NCBI GenBank assembly: GCA_963793305.1
Contig: CAWBZV010000005.1
Location: 800,001-864,000 of the forward strand
Origin: an uncultured Gemmatimonadales bacterium
GTDB lineage: Bacteria; Gemmatimonadota; Gemmatimonadetes; Gemmatimonadales; Gemmatimonadaceae
Length of the DNA stretch: 64,000 bases
Reading direction: 5' to 3'
This document shows, in pieces, positions 9,011 to 17,794 of this stretch; the stretch's first letter is position 1; every line of letters begins with the position of its first letter. The notes beneath the pieces are model-generated. The model was not told the origin of the DNA and searched no databases. It was given only the letters and a program-made list of their open reading frames with translations. The translations under genes were made by a program, and so were the position numbers.

Positions 9011-10408
9011 TTGTCAGTTCATGTCGGAGAGACAATCGTGTTCGAGAAGCATGAGGTTGAAGCGCTGCGGGACGGAATTCTGACGCTCGAATGCATGGCG
9101 ATGCGTATAGAGCGCGAATCACACATTGGTGGAGCGGAGCCGTGTGTATTTACCGGCGCAGGGAGGATTTACCAGGACGACGGGTTACTCCGTTTCACCA
9201 TGTACAGCCCAGAAACCTACGATCCGTCGCGTTGCCCTGAATTGATCGGCGAGGTCGGTGATTTCGTCGGACGGGAATCCTACTACCAATTCTCGGCGCA
9301 CGATCTTGAAGGTCGCTCATGGAGCTGCAATGCCGTGCTGCCTTCGCCCAATGTTCCTATCGACCGTCGAGGGGCGGCTTGGCACGGTAGGCTGCCGTGG
9401 ATTAGGGCTGTCCGGCACGCAGGCGATCTTTACTGGCGCGCGCCGCACCGCACCACCCTCACGTGCATTGCATTTCAAGAGATCGATGCGCCGCTCAACT
9501 ACTACAGCCGAAGTCATCAGGAGACCCCCTTGGGCACTGTGCAAGGCCGCTCGCTGGATCACGCGGCATTTGAAACGGCGGGGCTGCACTGTGTTCTCCA
9601 TGCACCTCCTACTCACACGCAACTCGTCGTCAACGCAGATGCGGCGCTCCCCGATAACCTAGCCCTGCGCATGGCGGACGCCTTGCAATTCGTACTTGCA
9701 ACCCCGATTCGATGGGCGATCGAGCACGGCGAAACATTGGCTGAGGAATGGGTGACGCTTATCAGCCCAGGAGTCGCCGCGAATAGACGAACAAGAATTT
9801 GGCCGCCTGTTCCACTGCGAACAACATCCAGCGTAGACGATACCTGGAGGTTGTTCGCGCTCTATTTCAACAGGTTTACTTCCGATCACCGTGGCGCACT
9901 CTCCGACCATGTATCCGCGCAGTGGCACTCGCTGTTGGCGTCAGCGTCGAGCACCGCTGAGGTACAGGTGATGACGGCGGGAGTCGCTGTCGAGGCGCTG
10001 GTAAAACTGATCTGGTCGGGACCAGCCTCCGCGCAGGTATCCCCACTGCAGTCCATCATCAATGATCTGCTCATCTATTTGAAGACCCTAACTACGTCAG
10101 ACGATCTGCACGCTCGATTCGAGAAAAAACTTCAGACGATGGTTGAGCCGTCCGTTATGGATCGTCTTCATGAACTCGGGGACAAAAACTTGGTCGATGG
10201 GAAGCTGCTCAAATCGTGGCGCCGTTTGCGCAATGCTACGGTTCACGACGGCCGTTGGCTCGCGGATCATTTGGAAGAAGGTCTCGATTTGCTGACCGAT
10301 GTGACGAGTCTACTGTATCAAATCATCTTCGCCGCAGTCGAATACTCCGGCACTTGTACGGACTACGGCAGGCCGAATGGCATCGGATCCTATCCTCCTA
10401 TTCGTTGA
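9011..10408 (+). CDS. ApeA-like HEPN domain protein (putative anti-phage RNase)
   Basis: 465 aa; beta-rich N-terminus, AVEAL helix and C-terminal RNATVH (Rx4H) HEPN motif; alternative start GTG 9038. Confidence 0.6.
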   Translation: MSVHVGETIVFEKHEVEALRDGILTLECMAMRIERESHIGGAEPCVFTGAGRIYQDDGLLRFTMYSPETYDPSRCPELIGEVGDFVGRESYYQFSAHDLEGRSWSCNAVLPSPNVPIDRRGAAWHGRLPWIRAVRHAGDLYWRAPHRTTLTCIAFQEIDAPLNYYSRSHQETPLGTVQGRSLDHAAFETAGLHCVLHAPPTHTQLVVNADAALPDNLALRMADALQFVLATPIRWAIEHGETLAEEWVTLISPGVAANRRTRIWPPVPLRTTSSVDDTWRLFALYFNRFTSDHRGALSDHVSAQWHSLLASASSTAEVQVMTAGVAVEALVKLIWSGPASAQVSPLQSIINDLLIYLKTLTTSDDLHARFEKKLQTMVEPSVMDRLHELGDKNLVDGKLLKSWRRLRNATVHDGRWLADHLEEGLDLLTDVTSLLYQIIFAAVEYSGTCTDYGRPNGIGSYPPIR

Positions 10409-10648
10409 GTTGCGCGGAGCCGCGCTCACCGCGACAAAGGCGTAAAACGAAACACACGAGCGTCTTACAGAAGGGGTGATTCCGGTACTGCGCGATATCG
10501 ACGATCAGTTCTTCACCAGCTTGCCCGTCCGTGCTCGACGATGCGTCATAGGGCGTCCCATCGTGCGCCAATGTCGTGATCGCAGAGGCGAGCGATTGCC
10601 TCGGCCATTCCGGTGTCGTCCTCTTGACCACCCAAGTGGTTTCAGACG

Positions 10649-10858
10649 TGGGCCCGTTTCTGGGCCCGTTTCTCCCGGCAAACTCCGTCATCCGGGGCAG
10701 GGAACCACGGCGCCGATGCCCGGTTCTCCTCTGAACGCCGTCAAGTTGACGGACTTGGATACCCCAGTAGCTTGGTTTGCAACCAGGAGGTCAGGGGTTC
10801 GATCCCCCTCCGCTCCATGGACTTAACTTTTCAGTGGCCCGTTGGTGTGCCCTGTTTC
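10649..10858 (+). repeat. attP-like junction copy 1 (arm repeats + palindrome + tRNA-Ala 3' half + arm repeats)
   Basis: Direct repeat of 30281-30489 at constant offset 19,632: 10679-10756 matches 77/78 and 10771-10826 matches 56/56. TGGGCCCGTTTC occurs twice at 10649-10672. Confidence 0.9.
10771..10817 (+). tRNA. tRNA-Ala(TGC) 3' fragment only (att core; not a complete tRNA)
   Basis: CTTGG-TTTGCAA-CCAGG anticodon arm, AGGGG-TTCGATC-CCCCT T-arm, CCGCTCC-A acceptor strand with U70 (Ala identity); no D-arm or 5' acceptor strand upstream. Confidence 0.85.
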
Positions 10859-10997
10859 TCGCGAGAATCCCGCGCGGGTCGAGCACGGCGATGACAGCAT
10901 AGGCGCGCCGCGTCAGAAAGCTAAGTAGGGGGAGTTCCTACTATCTTATACCAGACAGTCGCCGTCGCGCATGGGCCCGTTGTTCGAGGACCAATTA

Positions 10998-11297
10998 ATG
11001 TCGCACCCGTCTCGCCGCTCTGGGTCGCCTCTCCTTGAGCCGGAGGACATCTGCGAGCCCGAGTGGGCGGCGTGGTACCGGATGTCCCCCGAGGAGCGTT
11101 GGACGGCCAGCTCCCGGATGTGGGCGGACTACCTCGCGCTGGGAGGCACGCTTGGGCCCGAGCCCGATACACAAAGTCCTTTCTTCGATCCGGGCATTCT
11201 CCGTCGACAGTCTGCTGATCGGCGGCCAGGCTTGCATTCTGTACGGAGCGGCGGAGTTCAGCCGGGACACCGATCTCGCCGTCCTCGCCGACGCTAA
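10998..11297 (+). CDS. Small protein paired with nucleotidyltransferase (putative antitoxin)
   Basis: EWAAWYRMSPEERW...LALGGTLGPEPDTQSPFF; GAGGA RBS before ATG 10998; overlaps the NTase 5' end. Confidence 0.55.
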   Translation: MSHPSRRSGSPLLEPEDICEPEWAAWYRMSPEERWTASSRMWADYLALGGTLGPEPDTQSPFFDPGILRRQSADRRPGLHSVRSGGVQPGHRSRRPRRR

Positions 11298-11919
11298 CAA
11301 TCTCTCCCGATTGCGGGCGGCACTTGCCGATCTCCAGGCAAAAGTCGTCGCGGTCCCACCGTTCGAGCTGCCGTATCTCGAACGTGGGCACGCCGTTCAT
11401 TTCGAATGTGCACGCCCCAATGTCGCAGGCATGCGGATCAACGTCATGGCGCGTCTCCGCGGGGTCGAATCATTTTCGGCACTCGTTTCTCGTCGCCAGA
11501 CTCGTACGCTGTCCGATGGTCTAACTGTTGAAGTGGTCGGGCTGTCAGACCTCGTCCTATCAAAGAAGACTCAGCGCGATAAGGATTGGCCGATGATCCG
11601 TCGACTCATGGAGGTGAGCTATCTCACCACCGCGTCGCGGCCCACTGCCAACGAGGTACGGTTCTGGCTTCGCGAACTGCGTACGCCGACGTTGCTTATC
11701 GAGGCCGCGCATCGTTTCCCGACCGCTGCGCGCGAGATCACAGCCGAGCGTCCGCTGTTGGGACACGCTTCCGCGCGCGACGAACCAAGTCTCGAGGCCG
11801 CGCTCGCGGCAGAGGAAACGCGCGAGCGGACTCTTGATCGCGCATATTGGGCGCCCCTTCGAGCTGAGCTCGAGCAACTGAGGGGTCAGGCGCGTCGGGG
11901 TCGACGCGACGCGCGGTAG
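11152..11919 (+). CDS. Nucleotidyltransferase (AbiEii/DUF6036-like)
   Basis: LLIGGQACILYGAAEFSRDTDL (GG...DxD) and SKKTQRDKD; probable TTG start 11152. Confidence 0.7.
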   Translation: MGPSPIHKVLSSIRAFSVDSLLIGGQACILYGAAEFSRDTDLAVLADANNLSRLRAALADLQAKVVAVPPFELPYLERGHAVHFECARPNVAGMRINVMARLRGVESFSALVSRRQTRTLSDGLTVEVVGLSDLVLSKKTQRDKDWPMIRRLMEVSYLTTASRPTANEVRFWLRELRTPTLLIEAAHRFPTAAREITAERPLLGHASARDEPSLEAALAAEETRERTLDRAYWAPLRAELEQLRGQARRGRRDAR

Positions 11920-12181
11920 CGCCCCAGTCGTGCCGTCGGCTGCGCGCCAGATGGTCGCCCCATTCGGTTGTGGTGAGGCCGCGCGCCAACGGTGACGGCG
12001 AACGGCAGACAGCCAGAATGCAAGCTGACGTATCTCCAAAAGCCTGTTGAAGCTCGTGGGCGAAGCCGCAAATTCGACTACGAGACCTCACGGATCTACT
12101 GCACGCTGATCATGCCCTGCGTACCTAGGGCCTGATGCATACGTAGAAGTGGTACACGCCGGGCTTTGTAGAGCGAGACGG

Positions 12182-12577
12182 CTATCGGCCGCGTGCGTCC
12201 TCGACCAACATCGAAGCGCGCTCGTGACTCAAGCCCATCTCCGACATGAGCCGCGTCAAGCCGCGGGCGATAGCGCGCCGGTCGCTAGCGGACAGCTGGC
12301 CGAGTGCCGCGACAATTGTCGCCTGCGGCGCGGCGGGTGCATCATCGATCGCCGTCCGTCCGGCGCGCGTGAGCGCGATGACAACTCGGCGGCCATCCTC
12401 GGCCGATCGCTCGCGTCGCAGGAACCCCCGAGACCGTAGTCGCTCGACGACGGGCGAGGCCGTACTCTGATCCGTGTACGTTCGCTCCGCGAGCTCGTTG
12501 AGCGACTGCGCCGGATTGTCGCGTAGTGCGTGCAGGACGAATCGCTCGCCGGCCGTCAGCGCCGGCGTCGCGTCCAA
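12182..12577 (-). CDS. MarR-family regulator, possibly N-terminally truncated
   Basis: SLNELAERTYTDQSTASPVVERL...RERSAEDGRRVVIALTRAG; divergent from the FAD monooxygenase. Confidence 0.7.
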   Translation of the reverse strand: MDATPALTAGERFVLHALRDNPAQSLNELAERTYTDQSTASPVVERLRSRGFLRRERSAEDGRRVVIALTRAGRTAIDDAPAAPQATIVAALGQLSASDRRAIARGLTRLMSEMGLSHERASMLVEDARGR

Positions 12578-12667
12578 GCGCCGCGATGGTGAAGATGCAT
12601 CGAACTGGCCACTGGTAATAATACATTGACACCAATATAATTCCCCAAGACCCAAGCGGATCACGGC

Positions 12668-13891
12668 ATGCGGCGAAACAGGACGGTCTTGGTTTCGGGG
12701 GCGGGGATCGCGGGGCCGACCCTCGCCTACTGGCTCCTGCGTGCAGGCATGGAGCCGACCATTGTCGAATCCGCACCCGAGCTGCGGCCGGGCGGGTACA
12801 TGATCGACTTCTGGGGCCTGGGATTCGAGGTGGCCGAGGCCATGGGGCTCGGCAGTCGGCTGCGCGAGATCGGGTACGCCATGCGAGAGGTGACGCTGGT
12901 GGATGAGGCGGGTCGGACCACCGCTCGCCTCACGACCGATGCCATGCGCAAAGCGAGCGGTGAGCGCTATGTGACTCTCCTGCGCGCGGACCTGGCGCGG
13001 GAGCTCTATCGCTCGATTTCGGGCCGAGTGGAAGTCATATTCGGCAACGAGATCACCTTCGTCGGGCAGGACGCCGATGCCGTTCATGTCGGCTTCGCGC
13101 GCGGTACACCGCGACGATTCGACCTCGTCATCGGCGCCGATGGCGTCCATTCGAACGTGCGGCGCTTAATCTTCGGCCGCGAGGACAGTTTCGAGATCGA
13201 CCTTGGCTACTCGGTCGCCGCATTCAGCGCGCGATACTATCCCCACCGCGACGAGTTGACCGCTGTCAGCCGGACGATCCCTGGACGCCAAGTCGTGCGG
13301 TGTACGTTGCGCGATGGGTCGACGGTGTTCTTCATGGTGCTCGTGTCGGAGCTGACCGCCAATTATCCGGTCACGACAGCGGGCGCACAGAAGCAATGTC
13401 TCATCGATGCGTTCCGTGATATCGGTTGGGAAGGGGGCGAGATTCTCGAGGCCGTGAGCGACGCGACGGATTTGTATTTCGATTCGGTGACCCAAGTGCA
13501 TATGCCGGCGTGGTCACGCGGCCGCGTGGCGCTGGTGGGTGATGCGGCGTATTGCCCGTCCCTACTCGCGGGCGCAGGGTCATCCTTTGCGATGGCGGGC
13601 GCGTACCAACTGGCGGGCGAGCTCCTGGCTGCGGGCGGCGATTACACCCGCGCGTTCCTGGCGTACGAATGGCACCTCAAGCCGTTCCTGGACCGGAAGC
13701 AGCGCGCGGCCCGGCGTCTCGGCGCCTGGTTCGCTCCAAGGACTTCCCTGGGACTCTTCGTGCGCAACCAGGTGACGCGGCTGGCTGGTCTTCCCGGCTT
13801 CTCGGATCTCATGGTTGGACCCATCGTGGCCAATGAGCTGCGGTTGCCCCACTACACCTGGGATGGGAAGCCGGCGAGGGTGAGTGCATAG
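12668..13891 (+). CDS. FAD-dependent monooxygenase/oxidoreductase
   Basis: GAGIAG, DLVIGADGVHS, ALVGDAAY motifs. Confidence 0.9.
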   Translation: MRRNRTVLVSGAGIAGPTLAYWLLRAGMEPTIVESAPELRPGGYMIDFWGLGFEVAEAMGLGSRLREIGYAMREVTLVDEAGRTTARLTTDAMRKASGERYVTLLRADLARELYRSISGRVEVIFGNEITFVGQDADAVHVGFARGTPRRFDLVIGADGVHSNVRRLIFGREDSFEIDLGYSVAAFSARYYPHRDELTAVSRTIPGRQVVRCTLRDGSTVFFMVLVSELTANYPVTTAGAQKQCLIDAFRDIGWEGGEILEAVSDATDLYFDSVTQVHMPAWSRGRVALVGDAAYCPSLLAGAGSSFAMAGAYQLAGELLAAGGDYTRAFLAYEWHLKPFLDRKQRAARRLGAWFAPRTSLGLFVRNQVTRLAGLPGFSDLMVGPIVANELRLPHYTWDGKPARVSA

Positions 13892-13915
13892 CGGCTAGGC
13901 GCTGGTGCCGGTGTC

Positions 13916-14281
13916 CTACTCGCGCGCTTCGGTGACGAATGGTGTCCAGCCGGGGCGGAGCAGTCGCCGTGCGACCGTCATTGCGTCGCGCTTGGAGTTG
14001 AAGTGTCCGACACGGACGCGATACGGGACGCGTCCGACTACGCGAGCATCGAAGCCCCTGAGCACCAACCACCGCAGGACCGAGTCGGCCACGATCGGGT
14101 TGGGCACGTCGGCCGCCTCGACGGTCCAGAGGCCGAATGACGTGCGAGGAGGCGCGCCGTGCGACTTGCCAGAATCGACCACCACCGGCCCGCGCGTCGC
14201 GCCCGCTGGCGCAGGTCGTGCCGCGATGCGGAGCGTAGCCGCCGCACATAGTCCAAACAGCGCTCCAGCGAACCTATGCAC
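13916..14281 (-). CDS. SPOR-domain exported protein
   Basis: Signal peptide; PYRVRVGHFNSKRDAMTVARRL. Confidence 0.55.
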   Translation of the reverse strand: MHRFAGALFGLCAAATLRIAARPAPAGATRGPVVVDSGKSHGAPPRTSFGLWTVEAADVPNPIVADSVLRWLVLRGFDARVVGRVPYRVRVGHFNSKRDAMTVARRLLRPGWTPFVTEARE

Positions 14282-15673
14282 GATCCCTCTTGGTCTGTGC
14301 TAATATATTGTCATCAATATAACTCTCTCGACGAGGGCGCCGTGCCTGTTTCGAGCGACCGTTTCCCCTCGACCGCCGGGCCATTCGACGTGCCGGCCGG
14401 TCGAGGGCATGGCGCAGGGAAGGATCGCTGGGGTGCGTATGCCTCGGCTCTGGCTGGAACGCTGGCCGCGTTGGCGCTGTCAGAGGCGCTGGCGCCGCGG
14501 CTGGTGCACGTGCCCTTCGTCTTCTGTTATGTCGTCGTTGCTTTGTCGGCGCTCTACGGAGGGCTTGGCCCCGCGCTCCTCTCGACCGCGGTCGGCATCG
14601 TCGGGATCAGCTATCTCATTCTGCCCCCCACGCATGCGCTGCACATCGAGCGCCCGGCCGACATCCTGTCGGTTCTCGCGTTCACGGCCGTGTCGGTGGC
14701 GATCAGTTCACTGACCAACTCCCTCCGACGTGCCCTGCGGCGTTCCGCACAGCTGGCGCAACTGCACGAAGCGCAGACCATCGAGTTGACCAACTCGAAC
14801 GTGGAGCTTCAGCGGACCGCTCGAGATCTCGACGAGTCGCGTCGGCAGGCCGAGATCGCGCGGGCGGCCGCGGAATCAGCGAGCGCGGCCAAGTCGCGGT
14901 TCTTGGGGATGGTTAGTCACGAGCTGCGCACGCCCATCAATGCGGCGCTGGGATACGCCGACCTGCTGCTGGCCGATCTGGGCGGGCCACTGACGGATCA
15001 GGGCCGCGGCTACGTGCTCCGGATCCGCGACGCGAACCGTGACCTGGCGAAGCTCGTCGGCGACCTTCTCGATGTCATGACGGCTGAATCGGGTCGACTG
15101 ACCGTCTCGCACATCATGGGGAACGTGACCGAGCCCGTGGAGCAGGCGCTCGCACTGGTGCGACCCCATGCCAATGGGCGTGGCGTGATGCTCCGCTACG
15201 ATGCGTCGCCGAAGGACGCTTCGCCTTCGTACATTGGTGATACCGATCGCGTTCGGCAGATCGTGCTCAACCTGCTGACGAACGCCACCAAGTTCACGGA
15301 CGCGGGCGGCTGCGTGACGGTGACGTGCGGCACGACCGACCGACCGGCGTTGGACGCTACGCTCCGTGGTGACTGTTCGTGGACGTTCGTGCGCGTCGCG
15401 GACACGGGATGCGGCATTCCGGCCAACCAGCTCGAGCTCATATTCGAGCCGTTCGTCCAAGCGCCGATGAGACAGCGTCGCGGTGGCACGGGACTCGGTC
15501 TCGCCATCAGTCGCTACCTGGCGCGGCTCATGGGAGGCAATGTATCGGTGACGAGCGCGCTCGGGGCCGGATCGGCGTTCACCGTCTGGCTACCAGCTCC
15601 AGCCGATGCCGAGACCGTCACGCTGGATCGAGATGGTGGCGCAGTACCGGAGCCGCTGTCGCCGGAGCGATGA
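14276..15673 (+). CDS. Sensor histidine kinase (DUF4118 + HisKA + HATPase)
   Basis: SHELRTP, NLLTNATKFT, DTGCGI, GTGLGL boxes; N-terminal transmembrane helices; start may be GTG 14342. Confidence 0.9.
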   Translation: MHDPSWSVLIYCHQYNSLDEGAVPVSSDRFPSTAGPFDVPAGRGHGAGKDRWGAYASALAGTLAALALSEALAPRLVHVPFVFCYVVVALSALYGGLGPALLSTAVGIVGISYLILPPTHALHIERPADILSVLAFTAVSVAISSLTNSLRRALRRSAQLAQLHEAQTIELTNSNVELQRTARDLDESRRQAEIARAAAESASAAKSRFLGMVSHELRTPINAALGYADLLLADLGGPLTDQGRGYVLRIRDANRDLAKLVGDLLDVMTAESGRLTVSHIMGNVTEPVEQALALVRPHANGRGVMLRYDASPKDASPSYIGDTDRVRQIVLNLLTNATKFTDAGGCVTVTCGTTDRPALDATLRGDCSWTFVRVADTGCGIPANQLELIFEPFVQAPMRQRRGGTGLGLAISRYLARLMGGNVSVTSALGAGSAFTVWLPAPADAETVTLDRDGGAVPEPLSPER

Positions 15674-15800
15674 GGACGAGACGGTGAGGAGATCCAGCGC
15701 GCCGTCGCTCGGGAGAGCCGCCAAGGCCCGCGGCGCGCGATCGCGGAGCAGGCGAAAGCGCCGTCGTGAGTTGCTGCGCGTGTAGCGATTCTCTCATGTA

Positions 15801-15823
15801 ATGAACGATAATCGTTCGTTCAT
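15801..15823. promoter_or_regulatory. Palindromic operator-like site
   Basis: ATGAACGA-N7-TCGTTCAT with nested GAACGAT-A-ATCGTTC, upstream of the ECF sigma operon. Confidence 0.4.
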
Positions 15824-16050
15824 AGTACGAACATCAAAACTGCGGCCGGGGGACCGCCCAATTCCGGTACGCTTCTGACACATAACCCCCCCATGATGCA
15901 TCCGTTACGAAGCTGAAATGGTGGGACTTCCCAACTCTGTAAAATCCGACATGGCTAACGAGTTAGCTCACTGGTCGTTTCCAACGCGGCGTGGGACGCA
16001 CGGTTTGGGTTCTTGCGCGCCGCTAAGGACCGCGTCTATCGTCCGCGCCG

Positions 16051-16698
16051 ATGAGCAACGTCGCCGCAGAACTTTCTCTGAACACTTCGTGGCCAGCTGG
16101 CCTGACACGGGATGAGGACGTCGAGGCTTCTCCGCGCGCACTGCCGGAGGCGGACGCATCACTGGCTTCACGCATCCGCGCGGGCGACGTTCACGCGTTT
16201 AAGGTCATGTTCGACCTGTACTATGAGCCGCTTCACGCGTACGTCGTGGGACTCTTACAGGATCAAGACGCAGCGGAGGAGTGCATACAGGACGTCATGT
16301 ATCACGTGTGGGCGCTCGGCCCCGCGTGGGGACTGCACGGCAGTATCGGCGCGTACCTCTTCACGGCTGCACGCAATCGCGCCATGAATCATGTCAGGCG
16401 CCATCGGGTCGTTGATCGATGGAAAGCCGCGGCCACGTCGGGAGCTGAGCTGACGGGTATGGGGAAGGGACCTGAAGCGACGGACGAAGCCTGCCGCCGC
16501 CATGAGATCACCAGCGCGGCACGAGCGGCGTTAGAACGTCTCCCGGAACGGCGCCGCGTCGCCCTGACGCTTCGTGGGGAGTATCGTATGACCAACCCCC
16601 AAATCGCGGAAGCGATGGGAATCTCAGTCAAGAATGTCGAGCGCTATATCATGCTCGCGCTCAAGGCGCTGCGCAGGGAGCTCAGCGGGTTCTTCTAG
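16051..16698 (+). CDS. ECF RNA polymerase sigma-70 factor
   Basis: AEECIQDV, YLFTAARNRAMN, region 4 QIAEAMGISVKNVE. Confidence 0.9.
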   Translation: MSNVAAELSLNTSWPAGLTRDEDVEASPRALPEADASLASRIRAGDVHAFKVMFDLYYEPLHAYVVGLLQDQDAAEECIQDVMYHVWALGPAWGLHGSIGAYLFTAARNRAMNHVRRHRVVDRWKAAATSGAELTGMGKGPEATDEACRRHEITSAARAALERLPERRRVALTLRGEYRMTNPQIAEAMGISVKNVERYIMLALKALRRELSGFF

Positions 16699-16775
16699 CT
16701 CTTGACGATGGGTGTTGGCGGAGGATCGGTGTCCTTCTACCGAAAGATTCACCGGACCTCCCGCCGATACCAGAG

Positions 16776-17792
16776 ATGCACGATCCGCACGAACATCCGC
16801 TACTCCTTCGCTACATCACCGACCAGTGCTCGCCCGACGAACGCGTCGAGGTCGAGACGTGGCTAGCGGCTGAGCCGGGTCGCGAAGCGTACGTGTCCTC
16901 GCTTCGCGAGATACACCGGAGCTTGGGGGCACAGCCACGGACAGCAGACCGCCACTCGGCCTGGCTTCGGATGCGCCAGCGTCTGGGGCCCGTCATCGAA
17001 CCGCGCCAGATCCGCACCCGAACAAGGGAAGTGGTCCACGCGCGTCGGCTGGTCGGACTCCGATTTGCCGCCGCCGCGTCACTCCTCGTCGCCATCGGCA
17101 TCTACGCGGGGCGAGTCATGAGTCTGCGCCACCCCCCGAAAGCGGCGCGCGAATTCGTGACATCGGCCGGGATGCGCGACACGGTGACACTCGGTGACGG
17201 AACTCGACTCGTGCTTGCACCGGCGTCACGGCTGCACGTGCCCGTTGATTTCGATCGCGCGACACGCACCGTGGACCTCGACGGTGAAGCGCTGTTCACC
17301 GTTGTGCACGATGCGAGGCATCCTTTCGTCGTGCGAACGGCTGTTGGTGCCGTCGAGGATCTCGGGACGACATTTGACGTCCGCGCGTATGCGGAAGACA
17401 GCCTTACCCGCGTGGCGGTTGCTGAAGGATCGGTGCAACTGACGTCACGGGAAGTCCCGACGACGCTCACAGCGAACAATGTCGCGACACTGACGGCCGC
17501 GGGGGCCGTGTCGGTCACGCACGGAGTCGATGCGGCCGCGCTCACTGGGTGGAGCCGCGGAGTGCTCGTCTTCGAGAACACGCCGCTGTCCGAAGTCATG
17601 CGGACGCTCGGCCAATGGTACGATTTCGACACCACACCGCTGGCGCCCTCACTCGGCGCGCAGCGCGTGACCTTCACGGCTCACGCGGGTGCGCCCGGAG
17701 ACGCTTTCGCCATCATCGCCGCCGCCATCGATGTGCGCATCGAGCGAGATGGACGTCGCGTCACCGTCCTGTCCGCAACTGGAGGACGCTAG
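16776..17792 (+). CDS. fecR: FecR-family anti-sigma factor
   Basis: Single TM helix; LGDGTRLVLAPASRL...LDGEALFTV...LGTTFDV. Confidence 0.9.
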   Translation: MHDPHEHPLLLRYITDQCSPDERVEVETWLAAEPGREAYVSSLREIHRSLGAQPRTADRHSAWLRMRQRLGPVIEPRQIRTRTREVVHARRLVGLRFAAAASLLVAIGIYAGRVMSLRHPPKAAREFVTSAGMRDTVTLGDGTRLVLAPASRLHVPVDFDRATRTVDLDGEALFTVVHDARHPFVVRTAVGAVEDLGTTFDVRAYAEDSLTRVAVAEGSVQLTSREVPTTLTANNVATLTAAGAVSVTHGVDAAALTGWSRGVLVFENTPLSEVMRTLGQWYDFDTTPLAPSLGAQRVTFTAHAGAPGDAFAIIAAAIDVRIERDGRRVTVLSATGGR

Positions 17793-17794
17793 GC

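Noticed and set aside
10771..10817. Functional or split tRNA-Ala gene
   Set aside because: No D-arm or 5' acceptor strand, and no complementary 5' half found in the window; it fits an att core.
12578..13150. 322-aa minus ORF as one gene
   Set aside because: Only the last ~130 codons look like MarR; the rest is antisense to the FAD monooxygenase.
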